64,000 bases of DNA, taken from NCBI GenBank assembly GCA_020832905.1, contig JAJHRG010000001.1, forward strand, positions 564,940 to 628,939, in the 5' to 3' direction. Every line of letters starts with the position of its first letter. The first letter of the stretch is position 1. Source of the DNA: Thermoproteota archaeon. Its GTDB lineage: Archaea; Thermoproteota; Methanomethylicia; Methanomethylicales; Methanomethylicaceae. Of the stretch, positions 28,579 through 39,218 are shown in pieces. The position numbers and the translations under genes were made by a program. Below the pieces are notes generated by a model, which ran no database searches, had not been told where the DNA came from, and saw only the letters and a program-made list of their open reading frames with translations.

Positions 28579-31267
28579 AGATTATTGGTGGTGGATTAAA
28601 AGACCTATTTTAAGAAAATTATTATGTTTACCATTATATTTAGCTAATAGAGAATATAGAAGATGGAGAAATGCAAGATTAAATCCAAGAATTATTAAGA
28701 AAAAATTAGCAGAAATAGATAAAAAATTTCCAAAAAAGAAAGAAGATCTTATTGGAAGAGATAAAGAATATCAATTGATAATGAGTGCAATTGGTTATCA
28801 TGTTATAAGAGATCCTTCACTATTAAATATATTTAAGGGAGCACCTCCACCAAAATTCTTTATACTTAAGGGTACAACAGGTACTGGAAAAACATTACTT
28901 GCAGAAGTTTGTATAAGAGATGCTATAGAATATGGAATAAGTAAGGGAGTAAATGTACAACCAATAGTTGTTATGGGAAGTGATATATTTAATCCATTAT
29001 ATGGACAATCAGTTATTAATTTATCATATATATTTAGAAAAGCAAAGGATACTCCAAGTATAATATTCTTTGATGAATTTCAAAGCATAGGTATACGTGT
29101 AGAAAGACCAATGTATGGTGCAGATAGAGAAGATATGAGAGTACAAGATGCATTTATAGAGCATATTAATAAAATACTAAATACACCTCAAAGAACTATT
29201 GTTATTGCTGCTACAAATAAATTTGAAAGTATTAGAGAAGATATTAGAAGAAGAGCATATGTAATTGATTTAGATCAGAATATTACAAGAGAAATGCTTC
29301 TTGCAGTTCTTAAAGCTGAGTTAGAAAAATATGGATGGACACATTTATCACCTAATGAAGTTTTAACAGTATTAGAAAAAGCTGTAAGTACATATAGACA
29401 AACACAACTTACACCTTTTGATATAATTGATGCATGTAATAGAGTTAGAAGTAAAAAAATAGAACCTTTAAGAGAAAAGTTTTTCAAAAAGATGATATTT
29501 AGTAAAAAAACTACTTCTGATGATTTGAAGTTATTAGTAACAATAGATGATTTTAAGTTAGTTGCAAGAGAGTTAAGAGGATATACAGAACAAGAAAAAA
29601 GCGATGAAGTTATGGCTTCAGTATTAAGAATAAAACCAGCTGTTAGCTATAAAGATATTGGAGGACTTTTTGGAATAAAGGAAAAACTATTTAAAATAAT
29701 ATCTCTAAGTCTTTCTCCTGAATTAGCAAGTAAGTTAAACTGGGTTCCACCAAAAGGCTTTTTACTATGGGGAGAACCTGGTTGTGGAAAAACATATCTT
29801 TCAAAAGCAATTGCAAAAGAAAATAATGCAACATTCTTTTATGTTCCTGCAGCTCAACTTTTAATTAATGCAAAATGGGTTGGAGAACCTGAGAAAAATG
29901 TAAGAGATTTATTTGCACTTGCAAGAAGACATGCACCAAGTATAATATTTTTTGATGAATTTGATGTTATTGCTGGAAAAAGAAGAGGAGATCCTGTAAG
30001 TGATAGATTAACTGCACAAATATTAACAGAACTAGATGGTTTACAGCCATTAGAGAATGTAATAGTAATAGCAGCAACAAATAGATTAGATGCAATTGAT
30101 GAAGCAATAATTAATAGATTTGAACCATATGTAATAGAAATTCCCTTACCAAGAAATGATGCAGAACGTTTAGATATTATAAAGGTTCATTTAAGACATT
30201 ATATTGCTCATCTTCATCCTGAAGTTACTCCTGAGAAAGTATTAAATATACTAAAAAAACATAAAGTAGTTTCTCCAAGAGTAGTTAGTGAAATTATAAG
30301 AGAAGCAAATAGATTAAGATCACAAGAAGTTAATGCAGCAATAGAAATTACTAGAAATAAAGATAGATTAGCAGAAATTTACAATCTTTATAGAGAAGAA
30401 ATTGAAAGATTAAAAGAAGTTTTAGGTGCTTTAGATTATGAAGTACTAAAAGAAGTTAAACCAGAAACCTATAAAATAAGACTTTATCATTTTGAAAAAG
30501 CTGCTGAAGAACTTGAAAGTGAAATTGAAAAAGAAATAATGGATGCTCAGGAAAGTATGATTTATGAGAAACTTAATCCTGGTGTAGCATTAGGTCTTGC
30601 TACAGATCCTCAAGGTAGAAAAGGAGTAATACTAATAGTTGAATGTGCATCAAAACCAAATGGTAGTGGTAAAATTACAGTAACAGGAGCAGCAAAAACT
30701 GCAGTTATAGGTCCTGGTACAACAGTTGAAGATGTAAGTGTTATTGAAAGTGCTACTAATGTCATAGAGTTTATTAAGAGATATATCTATGAAAAACTAG
30801 GAATAGATATTTCAAATTATGATTTTACATTTCAAGTTATAAGTCCACTTGAGGGAGCACCAGGAATGGGAGTAAGTGGTCCAAGTCTTGGTCTTGCTTT
30901 TAGTGTAGCTGCTATATCTGAACTTGCAGGAATAGAAGGAAGAAAAGATGTAGTTATGAGTGGAAAAGGTGATATAAAGGGAAATGTTGGTCCTGTAGGA
31001 GGAATGAGTTGGCGTGGATCAGGAAAAATTTTAGCTGCAATTCAAACAAAAAGAATAAAGATTAAAAAATTTATAATTCCAAAGTGGAATTATGAGCATT
31101 CTCCTGATGAAATAAATATACTTAAAGAAGAAGGTATTGAAGTTATACCTGTTGAAAAGCAAGTAGAAGCATGGCTTAATGTATTCTCAATAACTGAAGA
31201 AGAATTACTAAATAGAATTGCTAAAAATATTGAATTAAAGTCTAATATTAAAGCAATATTAAGGTAA
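28553..31267 (+). CDS. tandem AAA+ ATPase fused to a C-terminal Lon (S16) protease domain
   Basis: TTG start after GGAGGGG. AAA-1 has GTTGTGKT / IIFFDEF. AAA-2 has GEPGCGKT / IIFFDEFD with classical-clade sensor blocks. Lon_C has GVALGLA, ITVTGAA, GVSGPSLGLA (catalytic Ser) and GSGKILAA (catalytic Lys). Confidence 0.8.
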   Translation: MKMLMEKSEDYWWWIKRPILRKLLCLPLYLANREYRRWRNARLNPRIIKKKLAEIDKKFPKKKEDLIGRDKEYQLIMSAIGYHVIRDPSLLNIFKGAPPPKFFILKGTTGTGKTLLAEVCIRDAIEYGISKGVNVQPIVVMGSDIFNPLYGQSVINLSYIFRKAKDTPSIIFFDEFQSIGIRVERPMYGADREDMRVQDAFIEHINKILNTPQRTIVIAATNKFESIREDIRRRAYVIDLDQNITREMLLAVLKAELEKYGWTHLSPNEVLTVLEKAVSTYRQTQLTPFDIIDACNRVRSKKIEPLREKFFKKMIFSKKTTSDDLKLLVTIDDFKLVARELRGYTEQEKSDEVMASVLRIKPAVSYKDIGGLFGIKEKLFKIISLSLSPELASKLNWVPPKGFLLWGEPGCGKTYLSKAIAKENNATFFYVPAAQLLINAKWVGEPEKNVRDLFALARRHAPSIIFFDEFDVIAGKRRGDPVSDRLTAQILTELDGLQPLENVIVIAATNRLDAIDEAIINRFEPYVIEIPLPRNDAERLDIIKVHLRHYIAHLHPEVTPEKVLNILKKHKVVSPRVVSEIIREANRLRSQEVNAAIEITRNKDRLAEIYNLYREEIERLKEVLGALDYEVLKEVKPETYKIRLYHFEKAAEELESEIEKEIMDAQESMIYEKLNPGVALGLATDPQGRKGVILIVECASKPNGSGKITVTGAAKTAVIGPGTTVEDVSVIESATNVIEFIKRYIYEKLGIDISNYDFTFQVISPLEGAPGMGVSGPSLGLAFSVAAISELAGIEGRKDVVMSGKGDIKGNVGPVGGMSWRGSGKILAAIQTKRIKIKKFIIPKWNYEHSPDEINILKEEGIEVIPVEKQVEAWLNVFSITEEELLNRIAKNIELKSNIKAILR

Positions 31268-31317
31268 TTTCTATCATAAAATAATTTTATTAGTTACTTA
31301 ATTACACAAAGAAGTTT

Positions 31318-32988
31318 ATGGAAGAAATTTTAGCACTAGTATTTATACTTCTGATATCTACTATATGTGCTTTAATATTTGGAAAATTGAAAATTCCATC
31401 AATAGCCTCTTATATAATAGCAGGATTATTAGTAGGACCAATATTAAGAATTGTAGAACCATCTTCTGTACAATTTTTAGCTGATTTAGGTATTGCATTA
31501 ATGACATTTCAAATAGGATTAAACTTTAGATTTGAAGTATTACAAAAAAGAAGAATAGAATTTTTCTTATTATTCATATTTGAACTCATATTCATTTCCT
31601 TTTTATGTATAGTTCTCTCTACTTTACTAGGATTTCCACTTTATGTATCATTTGTACTGATACTTATTGCAATTAATTCTAGCACAATAATTTTCTTTAA
31701 ATTAATAGAAAATAAAATAGATAAAAGAAGTGAATTATTTGAAATTATAGTAGGTTTGGGTATTGCTGAAGATATTTTTGTTATGAGTGGAATTTCAATT
31801 CTTCCATCATTAGTTAGTTTAGAAAAATTTAGAATAATGGAAGCATTTGCTTTAATTGGAAATAGTATTTTAATAGCTATGGGGATTTTGGCTTTTAGTC
31901 TTAATATTGTACCTTATATCATAAATTACTTAATAAAAGAAAAAAATGAAGAAATTTTAATATTACTTATATTAAGTATTGCAATAGGCTATGGTATTAT
32001 AGCTAATTGGTTTGGTCTTTCTTTTGCTTTTGGATCTTTTATTGGTGGTATTTTAATATCTAGATTAAATATACCAGAAGAAACACTTGAAAAAATAAAA
32101 TCATTAAGAGACTTATTTGCTATTATTTTCTTTGTATCTATTGGTCTTTCTACCCCCTATCTTAAAAATATTGAAATGCTACCATTAGCAATTATTATTG
32201 CATTTATGTTAATTATGATAAGATTTATTTCAATTATTTTATCAAGTTGGATAATTTTAGGATATGAAAATGCATTTAAAATGGGAATTGATTTAATGAT
32301 ATTAAGTGAATTTGCTTTAATTGTATCAAGAGAATCTTATAGATTTAATTTAATAAATGAAATAATATTCATTGCTTCAGTATTTTCTGTATTATTTTCA
32401 TCAATTATTGGTTCTATTTTTATTGAAAGAGAAGAATACTTAATAAGAAAAATTGATACTATATTACCATTAAGAATAAAGAATTTTATGAATAAATTTT
32501 CATATATTTTTACATTAACATTAAAGAAAGTAAATATTTCATCTGAAGGTTATAAATTACTACTAAGTTTAATTGAAAAAATGATAATATTAATCAGCAT
32601 ATTGATAGTAGGTTCTATATTATTACAAAATATCATAAGTATATATGGAATACAAAGTTTTTCAATTATTATTTCTACAGTAGTTATAATATTACTATTT
32701 ACTTCATCATTTATAATATTATTAAGAATGCGAAAGGATATAGATCTCTTATTGAATTGGTATATAAATACACTAGAAAGGAAAAATACATTTAAAAAAT
32801 CAATTTACAAACTTATCTTTTTCATAATTAATATAACAATAATCCTGAATATATTTATAATAATAACAAGAATTTTAAGTAGTTATTTTGAAATAACAAA
32901 TATTTTTTCATCTTTAATTTTCTTAGTTTTTGCAATAATTGTAATACTTATACTCTATAGGGAGATAAAAATACTCTTAAGAATTTAA
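31318..32988 (+). CDS. cation:proton antiporter (CPA2/Kef-like) with extra C-terminal TM region
   Basis: The N-terminal KIPSIASYIIAGLLVGP...LADLGIALMTFQIGL block is typical of the Na+/H+-exchanger family. 556 aa. Confidence 0.7.
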   Translation: MEEILALVFILLISTICALIFGKLKIPSIASYIIAGLLVGPILRIVEPSSVQFLADLGIALMTFQIGLNFRFEVLQKRRIEFFLLFIFELIFISFLCIVLSTLLGFPLYVSFVLILIAINSSTIIFFKLIENKIDKRSELFEIIVGLGIAEDIFVMSGISILPSLVSLEKFRIMEAFALIGNSILIAMGILAFSLNIVPYIINYLIKEKNEEILILLILSIAIGYGIIANWFGLSFAFGSFIGGILISRLNIPEETLEKIKSLRDLFAIIFFVSIGLSTPYLKNIEMLPLAIIIAFMLIMIRFISIILSSWIILGYENAFKMGIDLMILSEFALIVSRESYRFNLINEIIFIASVFSVLFSSIIGSIFIEREEYLIRKIDTILPLRIKNFMNKFSYIFTLTLKKVNISSEGYKLLLSLIEKMIILISILIVGSILLQNIISIYGIQSFSIIISTVVIILLFTSSFIILLRMRKDIDLLLNWYINTLERKNTFKKSIYKLIFFIINITIILNIFIIITRILSSYFEITNIFSSLIFLVFAIIVILILYREIKILLRI

Positions 32989-33032
32989 TAAATTTTTTAT
33001 ATTAGTCATTTCTAATCATTAATGTGGTTTAA

Positions 33033-34202
33033 ATGGAATATGATGTAGTTGTAGTTGGAGCAGGACCAGCAGGTCTTATGGCTGCAAGAAAAATAGCAGA
33101 AAAAGGATTTTCAGTTTTAATATTAGAAAAAGAAAAAGATTTAGGAGTAAGAGCTTGTGCAGAAGCTGTTTCTGCAAATGCTTTTGATACTGCAGAAATT
33201 TCTCCTTCTCCTTCTCTTATATCAAATAAAATAGATGGAGCTTATGTTTTTCCTCCTGATGAAAGTAAAGTAGTAAAAATTTCAGGAGAAAATTATAAAG
33301 GATATATATTAAATAAATCATTGTTTTTATATGCATTAGCAAGTAAAGCAGTAGCTGCTGGTTGTGATATAAAAATGCAAAGTGAAGTTATTAATGTAGA
33401 ACTTTCAAATAATAAGGCTACTTCTGTAATCTATAAAGAAAAAGGTGAAATTAAAAAAGTAAATCTTAAATATTTAGTAGGTGCTGATGGTACAAATTCC
33501 ATAGTTGCACGTTCATGTGGTTTTGATTTAAGTAACTATGAAATAATTCCAACAATTCAATATGTAATGGTAAATTGTAATATTCCTGAAAAAAATATGA
33601 TAAGAATTTATCTTGGAAATGAAGTTGCTCCTCTTGGATATGCATGGATTTTTGCAAAAAATGAATATATTGCTAATGTTGGAATTGGTGTAAGAGGAAA
33701 AACTGCAAAAGTATATCTTGATAAATTCATAGAAAATCATAAAGAATTTTTCAAAAATGCAAAAATCATAAAGGAAGGTGGTGGTGGCGTACCTATTGGA
33801 GGACAATTAAAAGAAATTGTAAAAGAAAATATTGTATTATGTGGAGATGCAGCTGGACAAGTAATTCCTTTAACAGGAGGAGGAATTAGAAGTAGTATGG
33901 AAGCAGGAAAAATTGCAGGTGAAGTAATTGCAAAAGCATTAGAAGAAAAAGATATAACAATATTAAAAGAATATCCAAAAAGATATGAAGATCCTTGGGG
34001 TATGAGAATTTCAAAAAGCTTAAAGGTATTAAGAATTTTTGAAAAACTTTCAGATGATGATATGAATATGCTTGCAGAAGTTATTAGTGGAGATGATATT
34101 GTTGATCTTGCAAATGGACTTGATATAAAAAGAGTAGCAAAAAAGCTTATGTCACATCCAATTTTTGCTATTAAAATAGCTTCTAAGATTTTATCATCAT
34201 AA
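33033..34202 (+). CDS. geranylgeranyl reductase family flavoprotein
   Basis: YDVVVVGAGPAGL FAD motif, GADG, GDAAGQVIPLTGGGI, 389 aa. Confidence 0.85.
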   Translation: MEYDVVVVGAGPAGLMAARKIAEKGFSVLILEKEKDLGVRACAEAVSANAFDTAEISPSPSLISNKIDGAYVFPPDESKVVKISGENYKGYILNKSLFLYALASKAVAAGCDIKMQSEVINVELSNNKATSVIYKEKGEIKKVNLKYLVGADGTNSIVARSCGFDLSNYEIIPTIQYVMVNCNIPEKNMIRIYLGNEVAPLGYAWIFAKNEYIANVGIGVRGKTAKVYLDKFIENHKEFFKNAKIIKEGGGGVPIGGQLKEIVKENIVLCGDAAGQVIPLTGGGIRSSMEAGKIAGEVIAKALEEKDITILKEYPKRYEDPWGMRISKSLKVLRIFEKLSDDDMNMLAEVISGDDIVDLANGLDIKRVAKKLMSHPIFAIKIASKILSS

Positions 34203-34234
34203 ATTTTTTAATATTTTTTTAATTACTATAATTT

Positions 34235-34774
34235 ATGAAAAAAGCTCTTTTGATAATAGATATGCTAAATGATTTTATATATGGATCATTAGCAAGTCCA
34301 ACAAATAAAGAAATAATTCCTAATGTTAAGAAATTACTTTTATGGGCAAGAAAAATAAAAATTCCAGTTATTTACATATGTGATTCTCATTATCCTGAAA
34401 TAGATTGGGAATTAAAAATTTGGGGGCCTCATGCAATTATTGGAACTAAAGGTGCTGAAATAATAGATGAACTTAAGCCAGAACCTAATGAATATATTGT
34501 TAGAAAAAGAAGATATAGTGGATTTTTCCAAACTGATTTAGGAATTTTATTAAGAGAACTTTCAGTTGATACATTAATACTTACAGGATTGGATACTTCT
34601 ATTTGCATAAGACATACTGCTGCAGATGCATTTTTTAGAGGATATAAATTAATAATTCCAAGAGATGCTGTAATAACATTTAATCCAAAGGATAATGAAG
34701 AAGCATTAGAATATTTAAAAAAAGTATATGGAGCAGAAATTAAAACTACAGATGAAATAATAAGAGAGGAATAA
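34235..34774 (+). CDS. isochorismatase-family cysteine hydrolase (nicotinamidase-like)
   Basis: ALLIIDMLNDF (Asp), K in RKRRYSGF, GLDTSICIRHTA (catalytic Cys). Confidence 0.8.
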   Translation: MKKALLIIDMLNDFIYGSLASPTNKEIIPNVKKLLLWARKIKIPVIYICDSHYPEIDWELKIWGPHAIIGTKGAEIIDELKPEPNEYIVRKRRYSGFFQTDLGILLRELSVDTLILTGLDTSICIRHTAADAFFRGYKLIIPRDAVITFNPKDNEEALEYLKKVYGAEIKTTDEIIREE

Positions 34775-34776
34775 TT

Positions 34777-35313
34777 ATGAAAAAAGATGTTGAGAATTTT
34801 TATTATTTATTACATCCAAGACCTGTAGTTCTTATATGTTCAGGTAATGAAAAAATAAATATAATGGCATGTTCATGGATAACTCCAGTAAGTGAAGAAC
34901 CGCCAATGATTGCTATATCATTATGGAAAGAAGGATATACATGTAAGCTAATAGAATCATGTAAGGAATTTACAGTTAATATTCCATCTATTGATTTAAT
35001 AAAAGCAGTATGGATTGCAGGAACAAAAAGTGGAAAAAATGTAGATAAAATAGCATTAACTGGATTAAAGCTTAGTCCATCAAAAAAGATTAAAGTTCCA
35101 ATAATTGAGGATTGTATAGGTCATTTAGAATGTAAATTATCTAAATCAATAGAAGTTGGAGAATGTAATTTATATATAGGAGAAGTTCTAGCTGCATATG
35201 CAAAAGAAGAATTATTAGAAAAAGGAGTATGGAGTGAAAATGCAAAAGTATTATTACATTCAGGTGGAAAAATATTTACAATACCAGGTAAATTAACTAC
35301 AGTGAGAATATGA
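34777..35313 (+). CDS. flavin reductase-like (FMN-binding split-barrel) protein
   Basis: LHPRPVVLI...MACSWITPVS block, 178 aa. Confidence 0.72.
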   Translation: MKKDVENFYYLLHPRPVVLICSGNEKINIMACSWITPVSEEPPMIAISLWKEGYTCKLIESCKEFTVNIPSIDLIKAVWIAGTKSGKNVDKIALTGLKLSPSKKIKVPIIEDCIGHLECKLSKSIEVGECNLYIGEVLAAYAKEELLEKGVWSENAKVLLHSGGKIFTIPGKLTTVRI

Positions 35314-35690
35314 GAATTGTAATTTTATTTGAATCTGGAATTTCTATAGAGTGTGAATTAAATGAAAAAGAAAATCCAAAAACAATTAAGGCTCTTTTAA
35401 ATTCATTACCTTTTGAATCAAGAGTAAATCTCTGGGGAAAAGAAATTTATTTTGCAGTACCTTTTTCTGCTGAAATTGAAAATCCAAAAGAAATTGTTGA
35501 GATTGGTGATATAGCATACTGGCCTGAAGAACCATCATTATGTTTATTTTTTGGACCAACACCAATAAGTCCATCTCCAGATATAATAAAACCATATAGT
35601 CCAGTAAATGTAATTGGAAAAATTATTAGTGATTTAAAAATCTTAGAGAAAATTAAAGAAGGAGAAAGAGTGAGAGTAATGCTTAAATAA
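35310..35690 (+). CDS. cyclophilin-like superfamily protein (TM1367-like)
   Basis: 126 aa. NPKTIKALLNSLPFESRVNLWGKEIYF and GDIAYWPEEPSLCLFFGPTP are typical of this small family. Confidence 0.65.
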   Translation: MRIVILFESGISIECELNEKENPKTIKALLNSLPFESRVNLWGKEIYFAVPFSAEIENPKEIVEIGDIAYWPEEPSLCLFFGPTPISPSPDIIKPYSPVNVIGKIISDLKILEKIKEGERVRVMLK

Positions 35691-35712
35691 AATACTTATT
35701 TTTGCAATTTTT

Positions 35713-36576
35713 ATGAAATTTGCTACATGTGAATATAAAGGAAGAACATATGCTTGTGTAATTATTGGAAATAATGTAATAAGACTTTCATTATTAGAAT
35801 GTACAAAAGGAATTCCAGATAGAGATCTTTTACCATTTATTGAAATTGCAGATGAAAAATTATTAAATTCTTTAAAAGAAGAAATTGAAAGTAAAAATTA
35901 CAATGATTTAAAATTAGAAGAAGTAAGATTAAGAGCTCCTATATTAAGACCACCTGCAGTATATTGTCTTGGATTTAATTATAAAGCTCATTCAGTAGAA
36001 TTAAAAAGAAAAATACCAGAAGAACCAATTGTATTTTTAAAACCATCAAAAGCTGTTATTGGACCTGATGATTATATAATACTTCCAAAAGTATCAAAAA
36101 GAGTAGATTATGAAGTTGAATTGGCCATAGTTATTGGAAAAGGAGGAAGATATATTAAGAAGAATGAAGTTTATGATAGGATTTTTGGTTATACTATATT
36201 AAATGATATAACAGCAAGAGATATTCAAGAAAAAGATTTTATGGAATCAAAACCATGGTTAAGATCTAAGGGATTTGATACTTTTGCACCAATAGGTCCA
36301 GTAATTGTTACAAAGGATGAAATTGGAATTTATCCAGAACTTGATTTAGAACTTAGAGTAAATGGAGAAATTAGACAAAAATCAAATACTAGAGAAATGA
36401 TTTTTGATATTCCAACAATAGTAGAATACATTTCATCATTTACCACACTAGAACCTGGAACTATAATAGCTACAGGAACACCAGAAAAAGTAGGTCAATT
36501 AAAAGATGGAGATATTGTTGAAGCATATATTGAAAAGATAGGTATATTAAGAAATAAAGCAATTCAAGAATTATGA
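35713..36576 (+). CDS. fumarylacetoacetate hydrolase (FAH) family protein
   Basis: GFNYKAH, DYEVELAIVIG and TGTPEKVG blocks. Confidence 0.88.
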   Translation: MKFATCEYKGRTYACVIIGNNVIRLSLLECTKGIPDRDLLPFIEIADEKLLNSLKEEIESKNYNDLKLEEVRLRAPILRPPAVYCLGFNYKAHSVELKRKIPEEPIVFLKPSKAVIGPDDYIILPKVSKRVDYEVELAIVIGKGGRYIKKNEVYDRIFGYTILNDITARDIQEKDFMESKPWLRSKGFDTFAPIGPVIVTKDEIGIYPELDLELRVNGEIRQKSNTREMIFDIPTIVEYISSFTTLEPGTIIATGTPEKVGQLKDGDIVEAYIEKIGILRNKAIQEL

Positions 36577-37241
36577 ATATAAGAAAATTAACAGTAATTG
36601 TAATATTTTCAGCTATTTATGCAGTAATTAGCTTACTTCCTGGATTTCAAGTAATTGGAATGCCAGGTGTTGATATAAAAATTACTAGAAGCTTAGATAT
36701 AATCTATGGAATAATATTAGGACCATTATTTGGCTCTTTAGCTTCTTTTATAGGAGCAATTATAGGAAGAATAATTACAGGTGGAGGAATTGGTTTATTA
36801 TTTACACCACTTGCAATAGTTTCCTCATTTATCTCTGGAATTACCTATGTAAAAGAAAAAGGATGGATAATATCTTCAATAATTTTCTCTATTATAATAA
36901 CATCTTGGTATATTGGGCTTGGAAAAGAAATTCCATTTTATGCTATTCCACATATTATTGGATTACTAATTTTAATTATTTTAGGATATAGAATAAGGAG
37001 TTTAATTAATTCAAAAAATAATAAAAATACATTATTAGGATTAATCTTAATAAGCTATTCATCAACAATGGCAGGACATATGGTTGGAAATATGATTTTC
37101 CTAGTATTAATTAATCCCCCTCCAATTTTCTTTATGACAATACTTCCATTAACAATTTTTGAAAGAATTACAATAACATTAATAAGTGCTTTAATAGGAT
37201 TACCATTAATAAGAATAATAAATAAACTCATTAAGTTATAA
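36573..37241 (+). CDS. polytopic membrane protein (ECF S-component-like)
   Basis: 222 aa with 6 predicted TM helices. ATGA overlap with the FAH gene. Family uncertain. Confidence 0.4.
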   Translation: MNIRKLTVIVIFSAIYAVISLLPGFQVIGMPGVDIKITRSLDIIYGIILGPLFGSLASFIGAIIGRIITGGGIGLLFTPLAIVSSFISGITYVKEKGWIISSIIFSIIITSWYIGLGKEIPFYAIPHIIGLLILIILGYRIRSLINSKNNKNTLLGLILISYSSTMAGHMVGNMIFLVLINPPPIFFMTILPLTIFERITITLISALIGLPLIRIINKLIKL

Positions 37242-37664
37242 TTTATGTTTTTGCTTTTTATTTTCATCAAAAATATGAATTACTTCATATCCTTTTTTAA
37301 CAAGAATATTAGCAATAAATCTTCTATGACATTTAAACCATAATTTTTCACTACACATTATTGCTAATATTTTTGATTTTGAAAGTTCTTCTATTTTATT
37401 AATACCTTCTTTAAATTTCTCACTTTTAATATAATTTTCATATCCTTCTTTTCTATAACCTCCAAGTTCTTCACCAAGCCATACATAATTTATATTTTCC
37501 TTCATTAATCTTTCAGGTAATTTATTTATTGAAAACCATGGAAATTTTTTACTAGTAGGAAATCTCCTAACATCTACTACTAATTCTATATCATAATATT
37601 TTAATATCTTAATGAATTCTTCTATATTTCTATTTCCATGTCCAATAGTATATATAATCATCAA
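37236..37664 (-). CDS. DUF488-family protein
   Basis: IYTIGHGNRNIEEFIKIL...VVDVRRFP...CSEKLWFKCHRRFIA pattern, characteristic of DUF488. Confidence 0.78.
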   Translation of the reverse strand: MMIIYTIGHGNRNIEEFIKILKYYDIELVVDVRRFPTSKKFPWFSINKLPERLMKENINYVWLGEELGGYRKEGYENYIKSEKFKEGINKIEELSKSKILAIMCSEKLWFKCHRRFIANILVKKGYEVIHIFDENKKQKHKL

Positions 37665-37761
37665 AATTCTAAAAGAAAATAAGTTTTATAAAATTAGAGA
37701 AACATTTTAGAAGAAGTCAATTCCATTAGTTTTTTATTAATCCTCTTTTTTATCATTAATT

Positions 37762-38349
37762 ATGAAAAAGACAATACTAATATCATTTATAATTGCAATA
37801 TTAATAACATTATTTTCTAGTGTATATGCTAAGGATTTATCAAAATCTGAAATAGTACACTTCTGGATAGCTGTACCAGCAGGTAATATAACAGAACCTA
37901 TTACTATTATAAAAGCAGGTTTACCTCCAATAAAAATGGCTCCATTAGTAATTGATTTAGATCAAAGAGGCATACTTAAGAAAATATTAAATCCAAATAC
38001 TGAAGCTATATCTACTCATTGGATTTATAATATTGGTAAAAAACCAATAAGAATTAAACTTGAATTAATTGAAGCTAATTATCCAATTAGATGGGAAGTA
38101 AAAGCAGCATGGCCTTATGATCCTGAAACACATACATTTACAAAACCTTTACCTCCAGGTATGGGAATACCTAAGCTAAGTATTGATTGGATTTTTGAAA
38201 TACCAAATTACTATATGGATGAAAAAGTAATTTATGATGGTGGATTATTAGTAATAGATGCAGATACTAATGAACTTCTTACTTTTATACCAATAAAACT
38301 CATTAGAGGAGGAATTTCTCAAGGAGGAGGAGCAAGTTGTTGTGGTTAA
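37762..38349 (+). CDS. secreted protein with C-terminal GGGASCCG tail
   Basis: Signal peptide MKKTILISFIIAILITLFSSVYA, a 170-aa beta-rich domain, and a terminal Gly-rich Cys-Cys-Gly. It overlaps the next gene. Confidence 0.6.
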   Translation: MKKTILISFIIAILITLFSSVYAKDLSKSEIVHFWIAVPAGNITEPITIIKAGLPPIKMAPLVIDLDQRGILKKILNPNTEAISTHWIYNIGKKPIRIKLELIEANYPIRWEVKAAWPYDPETHTFTKPLPPGMGIPKLSIDWIFEIPNYYMDEKVIYDGGLLVIDADTNELLTFIPIKLIRGGISQGGGASCCG

Positions 38350-39218
38350 AAAGTTTAATGAGAAATAAGTATAGATATATTTCTTGGATAATTGGCTTCA
38401 TATTATTTGTAGGACCATTTGCAATTATAATGCATATTTACTATTACTTAGCAGGAATATTAAGAGAACCAGATTTACATATGACATGTTTTAGAATGCC
38501 AATTGATTGGATATTTTCAGGAAGAATTTACTATATATTTAGCTATCCTGAAATGTTTTTATTTATATTTGTAGTACTAATAACTTCATTAATATTAGGA
38601 CCAGTATTTTGTGGTTGGTTATGTCCAGTTGGTGCTTTTAGTGAAGCTATTAGTAGAATAATTCCCTTACCAAATAAGTATAGAATTCAAATAAAAGATC
38701 CAAAGATAACAAGAGCAATAAGATATGGATTTCTTACTGGATTTATTATGATTTCTATATTGATTCTCTTAGGATTTTCAGAAAGATTTGCAGCAATATG
38801 TTGTTGGTATTGTGCATCATCAGTATTACAGCAAATAATTAATGGAATTATCAATCCAATAGAATTAGAATATTGGTTTAGTGGCTCTATAATTGTTTTA
38901 ATATTTTGGTTAATAATTGGTGGAATATTTACTGTAGGAGGAAGAGGATGGTGTTTATTCTTCTGTCCACTAGGTGCACTATCAGGTATATTTCATAAAA
39001 TTGGTTCTAAACTTGGATTTTATAGAACTATAAGAATAGAAGGTAAATGTATTAACTGTGGTAAATGCATATCAGTATGTCCAATGCAAGCAATTGATTC
39101 TAATTTCTCAATTGAAAGAACACTTTGTATAAATTGTAAGGAATGCATATCAAGATGTCCAAATAAACTTTATAAAATGATTTGGAGGAGTAAAAATGCT
39201 TCTTCAAAAATTAATTAA
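38337..39218 (+). CDS. NapH/MauN-like membrane polyferredoxin
   Basis: TM helices carrying CGWLCPVGA and CLFFCPLGA (CxxCP) motifs, plus two cytoplasmic ferredoxin motifs CINCGKCISVCP and CINCKECISRCP. The start may be the ATG at 38358. Confidence 0.75.
   Translation: MLWLKSLMRNKYRYISWIIGFILFVGPFAIIMHIYYYLAGILREPDLHMTCFRMPIDWIFSGRIYYIFSYPEMFLFIFVVLITSLILGPVFCGWLCPVGAFSEAISRIIPLPNKYRIQIKDPKITRAIRYGFLTGFIMISILILLGFSERFAAICCWYCASSVLQQIINGIINPIELEYWFSGSIIVLIFWLIIGGIFTVGGRGWCLFFCPLGALSGIFHKIGSKLGFYRTIRIEGKCINCGKCISVCPMQAIDSNFSIERTLCINCKECISRCPNKLYKMIWRSKNASSKIN

Noticed and set aside
4664-31267. Treating the AAA-AAA-Lon gene as part of the same operon or system as the PafA/Dop-like cassette
   Set aside because: They are separated by ~20 kb of unrelated housekeeping genes. 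No proteasome or Mpa/ARC-type gene is in the window. Any functional link is speculation and is reported only as such.
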